NCBI GenBank assembly: GCA_016703535.1
Contig: JADJBV010000001.1
Coordinates: 3,998,257-4,062,256 of the forward strand
DNA: 64,000 nt
From: Deltaproteobacteria bacterium
GTDB lineage: Bacteria > Myxococcota > Kuafuiibacteriia > Kuafuiibacteriales > Kuafuiibacteriaceae
Direction of reading: 5' to 3'
Below the pieces are notes generated by a model that saw nothing but the letters and a program-made list of their open reading frames with translations, did not search any database and was not told where the DNA came from. Positions 38,121-47,760 of the stretch are shown here, one piece after another (the first letter of the stretch is position 1; every line of letters starts with the position of its first letter). The position numbers and the translations under genes are program-made.

Positions 38121-39320
38121 GTGACCGAAACGCCCAAACGGACCTCATCGATCCTGACGGCGGGGGCGCGATCCCTCGAGGTCGGGCTCTCCGCCGGGAT
38201 CCTGTCGGCGATGGGCCTTCTGCTATCCCTGGCGGCGCCGCCATTGGCTCGCGCAGAGCCCCAGCCGGTGCTGGCCGTCTTCGACGTCGAAAACAGGAGC
38301 GTCGGCCTCAGCCCCAAGTTCATTGATGGCTTGGGCGATCTGCTGGCCGCTGAGATGGTCGCGACCGGGCGGTTCCAAGTTGTGCCCCGGGACGACCTGC
38401 GAAACCGGGTGGCCAACCTCAAGGTGACTTCCCTCAAGAGTTGTTACGCGGAGTCGTGCCAGTTGGAGATCGGGAAAGAGTTGGCCGCGCAGCTGGTGTT
38501 GGGCACTCAGATTGTCCAAGCGGGATCCGGGTGTCACCTGGCGTTCCGGCTCTACGATCTGCGCTCCGCTCGCGGCGCCAAGGCTGTCGTGGCCGAGGGC
38601 GGCTGTGCGGAGGCCGAGGTGTGGGCCTCCCTGAAGACGGGCGTGCGAAAGCTCGTCGGCGTTCAGCTCAAACGGCCTGAGATCCAGTTCGCGCCGGGCG
38701 ATCCTTCGCTGCTGGCCCTCGCGGCCCCAGAGCCGGTCCCGGGTACAGTGCGAGGGCTCGACTTCGATCAAATCGACGTCGATGCCTTGGAGCTCTACGA
38801 CCTCGCCGTCCGCACCGAAAACGATTCGACGAGCACGGCCCGCCAAAAGATCGACACCTGGAAGGCGGTTGAGGCCAAGGCGCCGGAGTACGCCAACATC
38901 GCCAAAGAGCGGCAGCGCGTCTGGGTCGACTACCTGCAGGTGGAAGAAGACGCGGCCCGGGTCCGGGCCCAGCTCGACGCAGACTGGGGCAAGTTGAGCC
39001 GCCTCCTGAAGTTGTCGGTGGTCCCCGAGGCCGACAAGCTCCAGTGGGCGCAGGCCTTCGTCGAGGCCTACGGCGCCGATCCCCAGTTCAATCCATACAT
39101 CGACGAAAAGTTGCTACGTTCGTTCCTCCGCATCGCCGAGTGGCAGCGGCTCGAGGCGTTGGTCGCGACGGCGCCCGCGGCCGAAGAGACCACGAGGCTG
39201 GTGATTCAGTTCCTGGTGAAGCACCCGGATTACAAGCCGGCCAAGGAAGCCTTCAACCGCCTCCGCCGGGCCAACCGCACCCTCCCGCCCGAGTCCAAGG
39301 CCCCGGCCGTCCACAACTGA
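38121..39320 (+). CDS. Secreted hypothetical protein with a CsgG/LpoB-like N-terminal domain (weak call).
   Basis: A signal-like segment (MGLLLSLAAPPLARA) is followed by VAVFDVENRSVGLS...LGDLLAAEMVATGRFQVVPRDDL. The start could be GTG 38121 or ATG 38211. Confidence 0.4.
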   Translation: MTETPKRTSSILTAGARSLEVGLSAGILSAMGLLLSLAAPPLARAEPQPVLAVFDVENRSVGLSPKFIDGLGDLLAAEMVATGRFQVVPRDDLRNRVANLKVTSLKSCYAESCQLEIGKELAAQLVLGTQIVQAGSGCHLAFRLYDLRSARGAKAVVAEGGCAEAEVWASLKTGVRKLVGVQLKRPEIQFAPGDPSLLALAAPEPVPGTVRGLDFDQIDVDALELYDLAVRTENDSTSTARQKIDTWKAVEAKAPEYANIAKERQRVWVDYLQVEEDAARVRAQLDADWGKLSRLLKLSVVPEADKLQWAQAFVEAYGADPQFNPYIDEKLLRSFLRIAEWQRLEALVATAPAAEETTRLVIQFLVKHPDYKPAKEAFNRLRRANRTLPPESKAPAVHN

Positions 39321-39429
39321 TCGGGGGTCCGGGGCGTCGGTCCCTTTGCTGACTGCCGTGCCTCAGTCGTGGTCACGGACACCGAGCCGCCTTGCGAACC
39401 TCGAATCCGGTGCGGCCGATAACCTACAT

Positions 39430-40041
39430 ATGGAACTTACCAGCCGGGTCCGGTCGGCCACCGCCGACGTTTCGGTGGGCCAGAGCGTCGACCTCAGCAA
39501 GCTCGGTCGCTGCATCGGCACCGCGCCTTCCAAGAGCCGCACTCCCAATCTGAACTTCGAGCATCGATGGGAGATCCCGGTCCAGAACCTCCCGGCTTTC
39601 GTCCAAGAGGAGCTCCGCCGGAACCCCTTCACTCGGTGCAAGAGTGTGATCTACGTCGACCTGCCCCGGGGGAACACCTTCGTCACCGACTTCGCGCTCC
39701 TCGACTACGCCCGAGGGGGACGGATCGACCCCAACCTCCTCGCCTTCCTGAAGCGAGGCACCGACGTGGTCAACGCTCAAGAGCGACAGTGGTTGGTGCA
39801 GCAACTCACTCGCGTAGACCCGTCCCTCGCCGCGAAGGTCGCCGCCGGCGAGTCGATCCGAAAGCTCCTGGGACTGGACGCGGGATCGGAGTGCCCGGCC
39901 TCCCCTGCACCAGCAAAGCCTCCGACCATCGACAAGGGCGGCCAGGTCGCGAGTCCGACCTTCGGGGGCGCCAAGCCGGGCAGTACGGTCCAGATGTACT
40001 TGGCCCAAGTGCCTGGCGAGGCGCGCGGGATCGGAGCTTAG
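39430..40041 (+). CDS. Hypothetical protein.
   Basis: ATG at 39430 (MELTSRV...). The composition is coding-like up to the stop at 40041. I found no recognisable motif. Confidence 0.35.
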   Translation: MELTSRVRSATADVSVGQSVDLSKLGRCIGTAPSKSRTPNLNFEHRWEIPVQNLPAFVQEELRRNPFTRCKSVIYVDLPRGNTFVTDFALLDYARGGRIDPNLLAFLKRGTDVVNAQERQWLVQQLTRVDPSLAAKVAAGESIRKLLGLDAGSECPASPAPAKPPTIDKGGQVASPTFGGAKPGSTVQMYLAQVPGEARGIGA

Positions 40042-40110
40042 TCCCCCCGACTCACGGCCCGGCTCTTTTTCCGGAAACCGCCCCGCCCCCCCAATCGTAC
40101 TGCCCACCAG

Positions 40111-40599
40111 ATGGACCATCGGTGGCCCCCCCTCCTGGCCCTCTGCACGGCCCTGGCCTGCGACGCCGAGTTCACCGATCTTCGGCCAGCGCCGCTCCAA
40201 GTGGCCTTCGACGTGGATGGGGGCTTCGTCGACACCGGGCCCCTCCCGACGTCCGACGTTGTCTACGCGAGCGGCCCGATGGCGCCGCGAGGTTCCTACA
40301 GCGCCGCCGGCACAGCGAGCTTGGTGATTCGAAGCACCGGCGCTTTGGAGCTGGAACTCGACGAGGGGTTTCGGGTCAGCGGCGTGCCGGGCCCGGTGGT
40401 GGTCCTGAGTCGCCGGGCGTCGATCGGGCGGCGGATCGATCCGGAGCTCGGTGATGTGGAGTTGGGGACCCTGGAGGCGAACAGCGGCCTACAGCGCTAC
40501 CCGATCCCGAGCCACGCCCTCGACGCGAGTTATGCCTGGGTCTACTGCCGTCCCTTCGGCGTCGAGATCGCCCGGGCGGTCTTGGAGCGGGTGCCATGA
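40111..40599 (+). CDS. Lipoprotein of unknown function.
   Basis: Signal peptide with lipobox LALCTALAC. There is a 4-nt overlap with the downstream outer-membrane protein gene. Confidence 0.45.
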   Translation: MDHRWPPLLALCTALACDAEFTDLRPAPLQVAFDVDGGFVDTGPLPTSDVVYASGPMAPRGSYSAAGTASLVIRSTGALELELDEGFRVSGVPGPVVVLSRRASIGRRIDPELGDVELGTLEANSGLQRYPIPSHALDASYAWVYCRPFGVEIARAVLERVP

Positions 40600-41483
40600 G
40601 GGGCGCGTTGATCTTGCTCCTGTGTCTCGTCCCGACCCTCGCCCGGGCCCAAGCCTGGACCCGTGACGCCGGCGCCGGCTACGTGAACGTCACGGTCAGC
40701 GGCCTCTCGGGCACCCGACTCTACAACCCCGACTTCACCACCTCCGAGCTGGCCACCCGCTACAGCCAGCTGACGGTGGGCCTCTACGGTGAAGTGGGGA
40801 TCATCGACCGCTGGCTGACGTTGACCTTGAGCTCCGAGCTCCTCCGGCGCAACGCCCTCAGCGAACAAGGGGCCACCTTCGGCTTGGGCGACGCCAAACT
40901 GGGCCTCTACTCGGGGCTGGTGACCGGGCCCTTTCGCTTGACGGTCGGCGTCGACGTCGGCCTCCCCCTCGGAGACAACAGCCCGAGCGCCGGGCCCAAC
41001 GCCGACCCGGAGGCCGAGCAGATCGCCCGCTCGCTGCCGACCGGTGATGGTGAACTCGACTTCGAGCCTCGGGTGTTGTTCGGCCACGGCTTTGGCGGCG
41101 GGGCTTGGCCGCTTCAGCACTACGTGGTCGCCTCGGTCGGTTATGCGGTGCGCACCTCGGCGACCGTTCAGGGCGTGCGGCAACCCTTCGCCGACGCGTT
41201 CACCTACCAACTCGAGCTCGGCACCAAACTCCCAATATTCCCCCTCGATCGGATCTGGATCACCGCCAAGTTCTTCGGCGTCGAGTCCTTCGCCGACAAT
41301 GAGGACGCGGCGATGGGCGCGGTGGGCCTGGGGAACGGCGTGACCTTCACCTCCCTTGGGCTTGGGCTCAACGCCGAGATCTACGGTGGGCTCGGCGTAT
41401 TGGTCCAGGTCGACACCGCGGTTCGGGCCCGGAGCATCATCGCGGCGATCCCGATCCGTGGCGGGCTGAGCTACACCTTCTGA
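40596..41483 (+). CDS. Outer-membrane beta-barrel protein.
   Basis: The signal peptide MRGALILLLCLVPTLARAQA is followed by alternating amphipathic beta-strand patterns and a C-terminal aromatic residue (..GGLSYTF). Confidence 0.5.
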   Translation: MRGALILLLCLVPTLARAQAWTRDAGAGYVNVTVSGLSGTRLYNPDFTTSELATRYSQLTVGLYGEVGIIDRWLTLTLSSELLRRNALSEQGATFGLGDAKLGLYSGLVTGPFRLTVGVDVGLPLGDNSPSAGPNADPEAEQIARSLPTGDGELDFEPRVLFGHGFGGGAWPLQHYVVASVGYAVRTSATVQGVRQPFADAFTYQLELGTKLPIFPLDRIWITAKFFGVESFADNEDAAMGAVGLGNGVTFTSLGLGLNAEIYGGLGVLVQVDTAVRARSIIAAIPIRGGLSYTF

Positions 41484-41709
41484 TCCGAACTCCAGGCAGC
41501 GGGCCAGGCCCTCAACGCATCGCGGTCAACTCCGGGTGGAAGCGAAGATCCACCTCAAATCCCTCTTTTCGCGAAGTACCCGCGGAGCGCGTCGCCCAGC
41601 TTGGCGGGTCCGCAGAAGCCTCCCCCGGAAGGCCGTGCACGAAGTGACCTGGAGCCAGATCCTCACGGAGCTGCAGGTTCGGAGCGCAGCGGTCACACCG
41701 TGAACCCTG

Positions 41710-42465
41710 GTGGTGGCCGCCACGGGGACTTTCGGCCCTTCGCCCTTGGGAGTCGGGACATCGGAGATCGAGAGGGTGGACCGGGCCGGGGCGGTTGTGG
41801 TCGGCTGGGACATGGCGGCCCTGCGGACCTATCCGTTCGATCCGGAGCGGGGGCGGCTGCCAACCAGCTTGTTCGATCCGCGTTGGCAAGATCTCGACGT
41901 GGCGGCCCGGGTGGCTCGGGAGGTCCTGCGACGACAGTGGGCCGGCGAGGGGGGCGGGCCGATGGTGGCGGAGGCGGCGTTACCCAAGTGGGCGGGGCCT
42001 TCGGTGGCGACGGCCCGCAGGACCTTGCCCGTGGGGGTCCTGGTGCCGGAGCGCGGGGGTTGGGTTCGGGGTATGGCGGTCAACGAGCTGCACCTGCGGC
42101 GCTCTTTTGGCGGGGCTCGGCCGGCGTACAACTTTCACGCTCAGATCGTGACCTTGGCCTTCGATCATGAGGGCCGCTGGATGGTGCGAGCCTTCTTGGG
42201 GCGCTTCGGTGGGAGCGCTCTCGACCAAGCCGAGGTGGTGGCCTCCTTGCGGGGCAGGGGATTTGGGGCCGGCGCCGTATTGCAAGCCAACTTGCAAGAC
42301 CAAAACCAAGAGGTGGTGGTCCAGGGTGTGGATGCCCGGCTTTCGGCGCTGAAAGAGCTGCCGTTGACCCTCGAGTTGTCCTTTGGGGTGCGCTCCACCG
42401 AAGGGACCGCCGAGGGGCCGGAGCGCCCGGGTTTGGAGGAGGCCCTCAGCCTCTTCGATCCATGA
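41710..42465 (+). CDS. Hypothetical protein, first gene of the PHP / radical-SAM operon.
   Basis: The ORF is coding-like. Its stop overlaps the PHP gene start (ATGA at 42462). Confidence 0.4.
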   Translation: MVAATGTFGPSPLGVGTSEIERVDRAGAVVVGWDMAALRTYPFDPERGRLPTSLFDPRWQDLDVAARVAREVLRRQWAGEGGGPMVAEAALPKWAGPSVATARRTLPVGVLVPERGGWVRGMAVNELHLRRSFGGARPAYNFHAQIVTLAFDHEGRWMVRAFLGRFGGSALDQAEVVASLRGRGFGAGAVLQANLQDQNQEVVVQGVDARLSALKELPLTLELSFGVRSTEGTAEGPERPGLEEALSLFDP

Positions 42466-43340
42466 AGACGGTCCCGACCGATCTGCACGGCCACACCTTC
42501 TTTTCGGATGGCCGCGCCACGCCCGGCGAATACGCGCGTTTTCGGGCCCAGGAGGGGCTGAAGGTCATCGCGGTTTCGGATCACGATCACTTCGCTGCGG
42601 TGCGGCTGGTGGCGGCGGCGGCCGAACCCTTGGGTTTGGTGGTGGTGCCAGCGGCCGAGCTCACCTGCCTGCTCAACCCGGGAACGGCCGAGGCCGAACA
42701 ACTCCACGTGCTCTGCTATTTTCCGCCGAGTTACCTGGAAGGGGACCGGCTGGAGCAGACCGCCCTCTATCAACGAGGCCTCCGGGTCCAGGAGGCGTGG
42801 CGCAACTTTGTCCTCGAGTTCATGTCGACCTTGGAGGAAGACGGCCAACGCAGCATGGGGGGCCGGGCCCTTTCGCTCCAAGGGGCCAAGGACTTCCCGG
42901 GGCTCCAGGCCTTGATCGATCGGCTGGCCCACCGCAACCCGGCCGTCGAGGCTCGATTTCGCCGGCACCACGTCCAGTTTTGGCACCAAAACGAGGCCCT
43001 CTTCGCCTGGACCCCCGAGGCCTTGATCGACGCCATCCGGGCCGACGGCGGCTTGGAGGTCGTCGCCCACGCGGCCCGCTACGTCGATCGCCCCCAAACC
43101 GAGCGGGTGATGGCCTACGCCCGAGGCCTGGAGGTCTACACCTCTCGGCACAAGGACCACGTGGCGGCCCGCTTCCGCGAATACGCCGAAGCCCACGGCA
43201 AGTTGTGGACCTCCTCCTCCGACGACCACCAACGGGGGCGTTACCTGAAGCCCCCTTGCGGGACCCCGGTCGAGACTTTGCAAGTTATCTTGCAACACCA
43301 GATCCCCAGCGAGTGGATCCGCGAGGACCCGGGTGTCTGA
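42462..43340 (+). CDS. PHP-domain metal-dependent phosphoesterase.
   Basis: DLHGHTFFSDGRATPGEY....IAVSDHDHF are the PHP motifs I and II. Confidence 0.7.
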   Translation: MKTVPTDLHGHTFFSDGRATPGEYARFRAQEGLKVIAVSDHDHFAAVRLVAAAAEPLGLVVVPAAELTCLLNPGTAEAEQLHVLCYFPPSYLEGDRLEQTALYQRGLRVQEAWRNFVLEFMSTLEEDGQRSMGGRALSLQGAKDFPGLQALIDRLAHRNPAVEARFRRHHVQFWHQNEALFAWTPEALIDAIRADGGLEVVAHAARYVDRPQTERVMAYARGLEVYTSRHKDHVAARFREYAEAHGKLWTSSSDDHQRGRYLKPPCGTPVETLQVILQHQIPSEWIREDPGV

Positions 43341-46287
43341 TCCGACCCTGGTGGCCTTGGATCGGGAGTTCCGGGGCAATCGAGTGGCGCTGCGTTCGCC
43401 GCCGACCCGCTTTCAGCTCAACCTCGGTGAACTCTGCAACCTGCGTTGCGCCCACTGCATCACCTTCGCCCCGGTCCACACCGGAGCCGGCACCGCCCGC
43501 AGCATGAACCAAGAGGTCCTGGACGCCCTTTTACCTCACCTTCGGCACGCAACTTACGTGGGCCTGACCCACGCCGGTGAGCCCACCATCGCGCCTCTCT
43601 TCGAACCCCTGCTGCTCGGCTTACAACAGGTCCGGGCCGGCGCCGCCACCCAGGTCCACGTGGTCACGAACGGCCAGACCCTGAAGCCGGAGCGTTTCGT
43701 CGCTTGGTCACGGATGGGTGTCGGGTCCTGGTCCATCTCCCTGGACGGGATCAGCGCCCGGACCCACGACAACTTGCGGGTGGGTTCCAAAATTGACGAG
43801 TTGTGGGCCCGGCTCACGGCCCTGGTCGCGGTCCGGAAGGCGGAGCAGCTGCCCGTGCGGCTGAGCTTGGCCTTCACCTTGACCACCGAAAACCTCGAGG
43901 AGCTGCCGACCTTGGTGGAGCAGGCGGCGGCCTTGGGGGTGGACGCCCTGAAGGTCGAGGAGCTGGTCCCGGTCAACCCTCGCGCAAGCCAACTTGCAAC
44001 CGTGGAGCAACACCGACAGGTCGAGGTGGTCGAGGCGGCGCGCCAGCAGGCCTGGCGCTTGGGCCTGCCGCTCCTCGATCACCTGCGGCCGCTCCAGGCC
44101 TGGAAGTGCCGGCTCGAGCAAGACGCCGAGATGGCCGAACGGAGCCTACTCGATGACTTCGTGAACGGGGCCGAGCTCAACCCGTGCCGCCTTCCTTGGG
44201 AGTTGATTTGCGTCGAACCCAACGGCGACGTGCGGCCGGTCGACTTTCATCACCCGGTGGCCGGCAACCTCTTGGTCCAAGACCTGGCCGAGTTGTGGAA
44301 CAGTGCGCCCTTCACCTTTGCTCGGAGCACAAAGATGAAAGACCGGCTCTGTGGCCCCGGGCCGGTCACCTGCGCCTCTGATCCGGGCCCGACGCCTCCA
44401 CCCCGGCCGGTCCACTTCCGCTTCGCCACCGCTCCCGGCCAAAAGGTCGAGCTCCTCGGCGACTTCCCGGCCTGGCGCCTGAGCCACCCGATGCGGGAGG
44501 TCACGCCCGGCCAATACGAACGCACCTTGGCCCTGGGCCCCGGGGTCTACCGCCACAAGTTCCGGGTCGACGAACGCCACTGGCAGACCCCACCCGAGGC
44601 CCCGATCGATCGAGGTGAGGCCCACGGCAACGGCCTCTTGGTGGTGGACGGTTTGCAAGGCAACTTGCACTTTGCGCCCGACGCCGCCCACCAACGACGG
44701 GAAGGCGACACCTTGGCGCTCCACGCCGAAGGTGAAGGCGAACTCGAGTGGGTGGTGGGTGAGCGGCGGGGCCGGTTTCGGAGCATGGGGCAACGCGGTG
44801 GACTCCACTTGCTGCGCGCCGAGGTGCCGGTGCAAGGTGGTGAACCCTACGGGCTGGCGGCCCCGGGTCAGGTGCCCTCGCGCCTGTTCCCGGTGCCCGC
44901 GCCTGCGCCGGCAGGTCCTCCCGCTTGGGCCGAACAGGCGGTGTATTACGGAATCTTCGTGGATCGTTGGCACCGGGGCGCCGGGTCATCGCCCGATCCC
45001 CGGGCCAGCCCGCGAGATCGCCCCTCGACCCCTGCCACCTACTACGGCGGTGATCTCTACGGCGTCGCCGAGTCAGTGCCGCGGCTGGCTGCCCTGGGCG
45101 TTGACGTCTTGCTCCTGACCCCCATCCACCGGGCCGAAAGCCCCCACCGCTACGACGCCGTAGAACTGGCCGAGATCGATCCGCGCCTCGGGGGCAAAGT
45201 AGGATTGCAAGTTCTCTTGCAGGCCGCCCACTCGCACGGCCTGAAGGTGGTGTTGGACGCGGCCTTCACCCACGTCAGCGCCGCCCACCCGGCCTTTCGA
45301 TCCTTGCTGCGGGAGCAACACCGCTCGGCCTACGCCTCTTGGTTTCGAGTGCGGCGGTGGCCGGTGTTGGCCGGAGATCTCTCGACCTACGAGGCCTACG
45401 CCAACCTGCCCCACCTGCCCAAGCTGCTGGTCGAGTCGCCGGCGGTGGAAGATCACCTGGTGGAGGTGGCCCGGGCCCTGGTGGAGCTGGGCGTGGACGG
45501 CTTTCGCTTGGACGCGATGGACGAGGCGGTCACCACCTTCTGGCAGAACTTTCAGGCTCGGCTCCGTCCGCTCAACCCGAACCTGGTGTTCCTCGGTGAG
45601 GTCATCCACGACCGGGTGTCGCTCCACTTGGACCGCGGCGCCGATCAGGTCACCGACTTTCCGCGCCAGTCGATCTTCCTCGACGCCTTCGCCCGGGGGC
45701 GCCTGACCGCGGCGCAACTTTGGGAAGCGCTGGTGTTCCGGGGCCATCGGGCCGGGCCCTTCCCGGCACAACAACTCCTGGCCTTCCTCGACAACCACGA
45801 CACTGCTCGTTTTCGGTCGGTGGCGGTCGAGCACGATCGCCTGCGTTTGGCCCTCGCCTTCTTGGCCGCCCAGCCGGGACCGATCAGCTTGCACTACGGC
45901 ACCGAAGCGGGCCTGGCGGGTGGTGGTCATGACGGCGATCGGGACAACGTCTGGTGCGAACGCCTGCCGATGCCCCCCGACGAGGCCCTCGGGACCCGGA
46001 CGGCCCAGGCCCTGACCCAACTCTTGGCCCTCCGCCGGCACCCTGGGCTGCGCGCGGCCCGTCACCTGGAGCGGATCCGAGCCGAAGGTCCGCTCCTCCA
46101 CCTGCGACGTGGCGAGGTGCAGATGGCCTACAACCTCGGAAGAACGCCGGTACTTTTGCCGACCTCAGGCCCGGGCGAGGTGCTCTACGACAGCCACGGC
46201 GTCACCGATCCCGCCGCTCCGCTCGCGGGCTTGGGCACCCGCTGGTGGCGTGAGCTTCTCCTTCCCGACTCGCCTCCAAAGGAGTAG
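43333..46287 (+). CDS. Fusion protein: an N-terminal radical SAM domain (CxxxCxxC) with a Cys-rich SPASM-like extension, a CBM48-like glycogen-binding module, and a C-terminal GH13 alpha-amylase-family catalytic domain.
   Basis: LGELCNLRCAHCI is the rSAM cluster motif. A Cys-rich segment runs from about aa 255 to 350 (WKCRLEQD...NPCRLPWELICVEPNGD...DRLCGPGPVTCAS). The CBM48-like part is VHFRFATAPGQKVELLGDFPAW...YRHKFRVDERHW. The GH13 motifs are VVLDAAFTHVS, GVDGFRLDAMDE, FLGEVIHD and FLDNHDTARF. The GTG start overlaps the PHP stop. Confidence 0.7.
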   Translation: MSDPTLVALDREFRGNRVALRSPPTRFQLNLGELCNLRCAHCITFAPVHTGAGTARSMNQEVLDALLPHLRHATYVGLTHAGEPTIAPLFEPLLLGLQQVRAGAATQVHVVTNGQTLKPERFVAWSRMGVGSWSISLDGISARTHDNLRVGSKIDELWARLTALVAVRKAEQLPVRLSLAFTLTTENLEELPTLVEQAAALGVDALKVEELVPVNPRASQLATVEQHRQVEVVEAARQQAWRLGLPLLDHLRPLQAWKCRLEQDAEMAERSLLDDFVNGAELNPCRLPWELICVEPNGDVRPVDFHHPVAGNLLVQDLAELWNSAPFTFARSTKMKDRLCGPGPVTCASDPGPTPPPRPVHFRFATAPGQKVELLGDFPAWRLSHPMREVTPGQYERTLALGPGVYRHKFRVDERHWQTPPEAPIDRGEAHGNGLLVVDGLQGNLHFAPDAAHQRREGDTLALHAEGEGELEWVVGERRGRFRSMGQRGGLHLLRAEVPVQGGEPYGLAAPGQVPSRLFPVPAPAPAGPPAWAEQAVYYGIFVDRWHRGAGSSPDPRASPRDRPSTPATYYGGDLYGVAESVPRLAALGVDVLLLTPIHRAESPHRYDAVELAEIDPRLGGKVGLQVLLQAAHSHGLKVVLDAAFTHVSAAHPAFRSLLREQHRSAYASWFRVRRWPVLAGDLSTYEAYANLPHLPKLLVESPAVEDHLVEVARALVELGVDGFRLDAMDEAVTTFWQNFQARLRPLNPNLVFLGEVIHDRVSLHLDRGADQVTDFPRQSIFLDAFARGRLTAAQLWEALVFRGHRAGPFPAQQLLAFLDNHDTARFRSVAVEHDRLRLALAFLAAQPGPISLHYGTEAGLAGGGHDGDRDNVWCERLPMPPDEALGTRTAQALTQLLALRRHPGLRAARHLERIRAEGPLLHLRRGEVQMAYNLGRTPVLLPTSGPGEVLYDSHGVTDPAAPLAGLGTRWWRELLLPDSPPKE

Positions 46288-46306
46288 TTTCCCCGCGAGT
46301 CCAACC

Positions 46307-47107
46307 ATGGTCAGCAACGTCCGCAACAACCCGCCCAACACCTTCCCCATCGCCAACCTGGCCACCAAAAAGAAAGAGGCGGCCGCCGCGAACTATGACG
46401 TCGAGGGCAAGGGCTACCTGACCTACGACCAGCTGATCGCTTGGTTCCAAACTGAAAACGAAGGCCGGCTGCCCAACCTCTCGGACCTGGCCAAGTTCCT
46501 CGGCAAACCGCAGCACGAGTTGGCCGTCGACTACCTCAACGGCTGGGAGATCTTGCAGAGCCAGTGGTTGGCCGGCAGCTGGAAGGGCGACTTCCACGTG
46601 GACGCCTTGCGAGACGGCGACTACACCCCGGCCGGCAACGTCCGCATCGGCCGCGAGATCGGGCCCCAGTTCGATCCGGTCAACAACCGCCAGGTCGAGG
46701 TCGATCAGCTGGTGTTTTTGGTCGACTTCAACCTGATCAAGCTCGCCGACTTCGACGCCAAGGTGAAGAGCGCGACCTTGGTCATCGGCCCCGCCGGCTT
46801 CCCCAAAGAACACAACAAGGCCAAATACGGCGAGGCCGTCGAGGTCCCCATGACCTTGTTGTCCGAGTCCAGCTCCCCGATCCCCGGGCGCTACGGCCCC
46901 CAAGGTTGGTCGCCGGAGAAGAAGTTGGCCGCCGCCCAGATCGACACCGGTGACCTGGCCAAGTTGGCGGGCGCCGCCCCCGGCCTCAGCTTCTACATCC
47001 GCCTCGAAACCCACGACAACCGGGTGGCCTTCGTGAACAAAGACGGCCAGCCCTTCCAGAACTTCGACGTCAGCGCCGACGAACTCCGCCCCGCCGGCCA
47101 GCCCTGA
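46307..47107 (+). CDS. Hypothetical protein.
   Basis: ATG at 46307 (MVSNVRNNPPNTF...) to the stop at 47107. No motif recognised. Confidence 0.4.
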   Translation: MVSNVRNNPPNTFPIANLATKKKEAAAANYDVEGKGYLTYDQLIAWFQTENEGRLPNLSDLAKFLGKPQHELAVDYLNGWEILQSQWLAGSWKGDFHVDALRDGDYTPAGNVRIGREIGPQFDPVNNRQVEVDQLVFLVDFNLIKLADFDAKVKSATLVIGPAGFPKEHNKAKYGEAVEVPMTLLSESSSPIPGRYGPQGWSPEKKLAAAQIDTGDLAKLAGAAPGLSFYIRLETHDNRVAFVNKDGQPFQNFDVSADELRPAGQP

Positions 47108-47109
47108 GC

Positions 47110-47514
47110 CTACCGGGGGTGATGCAGCTTGAAGTCGAGCACCCGAGCAAAGCCCTTGAAGTCGTCGTCCGTCGTGAGGATCGACGCGCTACGCCGGGTG
47201 GCCGCCGCGCAAAGCAGAAAGTCGGTGTTCGAGCCCTGGAGACCCCGGGAGCGGCATCGGTTGAAGCAATTGGCGGCCTCTTCGTAGTCTTCCACCTCCA
47301 ACGCAACGTCTGGGAACGCGCGCAAAGCCAACCGAAGCCGCTTGAAATGTTCGGGGGAGCGTAGTCCTGAGAGCAGCTCTTGACGGATCGCCCCCAACAT
47401 CAGCACCCGCCCTTCGCCGATGAGCTCAGTCAGCTCGCGTTCGGCTTGGCTCCCCTGCGGAGCACCACGCCGCAGCGCCAACGACCAGACCGAGGTGTCA
47501 ACGATCACGTTCAT
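47110..47514 (-). CDS. vapC: Type II toxin VapC (PIN-domain ribonuclease).
   Basis: MNVIVDTSVW...TTDDDF show the PIN acidic residues. The gene overlaps the upstream antitoxin gene by 4 nt. Confidence 0.8.
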   Translation of the reverse strand: MNVIVDTSVWSLALRRGAPQGSQAERELTELIGEGRVLMLGAIRQELLSGLRSPEHFKRLRLALRAFPDVALEVEDYEEAANCFNRCRSRGLQGSNTDFLLCAAATRRSASILTTDDDFKGFARVLDFKLHHPR

Positions 47515-47729
47515 CGCCGGCGCCGTTGGGCTTTGTGGTTGTACTTCGGATCGATATCGATCGTCCCAAACAACTCAATGACCGCCCTCTGCTTGCGCCT
47601 TTGAATATACTCGTTCAGCGCCTCCGTGACGGTCGCCTTCTTGGTCTTCAGCCCGCCCACTCGAAGGGCCTCTTCTAGGAGCTGGTCATCGATCGCTAGG
47701 TTCGTGGCCATGTGTAGAGGTTCACACAC
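47511..47729 (-). CDS. vapB: VapB-family antitoxin.
   Basis: A 72 aa protein encoded upstream of vapC and overlapping it. Confidence 0.7.
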   Translation of the reverse strand: MCEPLHMATNLAIDDQLLEEALRVGGLKTKKATVTEALNEYIQRRKQRAVIELFGTIDIDPKYNHKAQRRRR

Positions 47730-47760
47730 GCAGCCGTGCCAGGCAAGGTACCTCGCGGGT

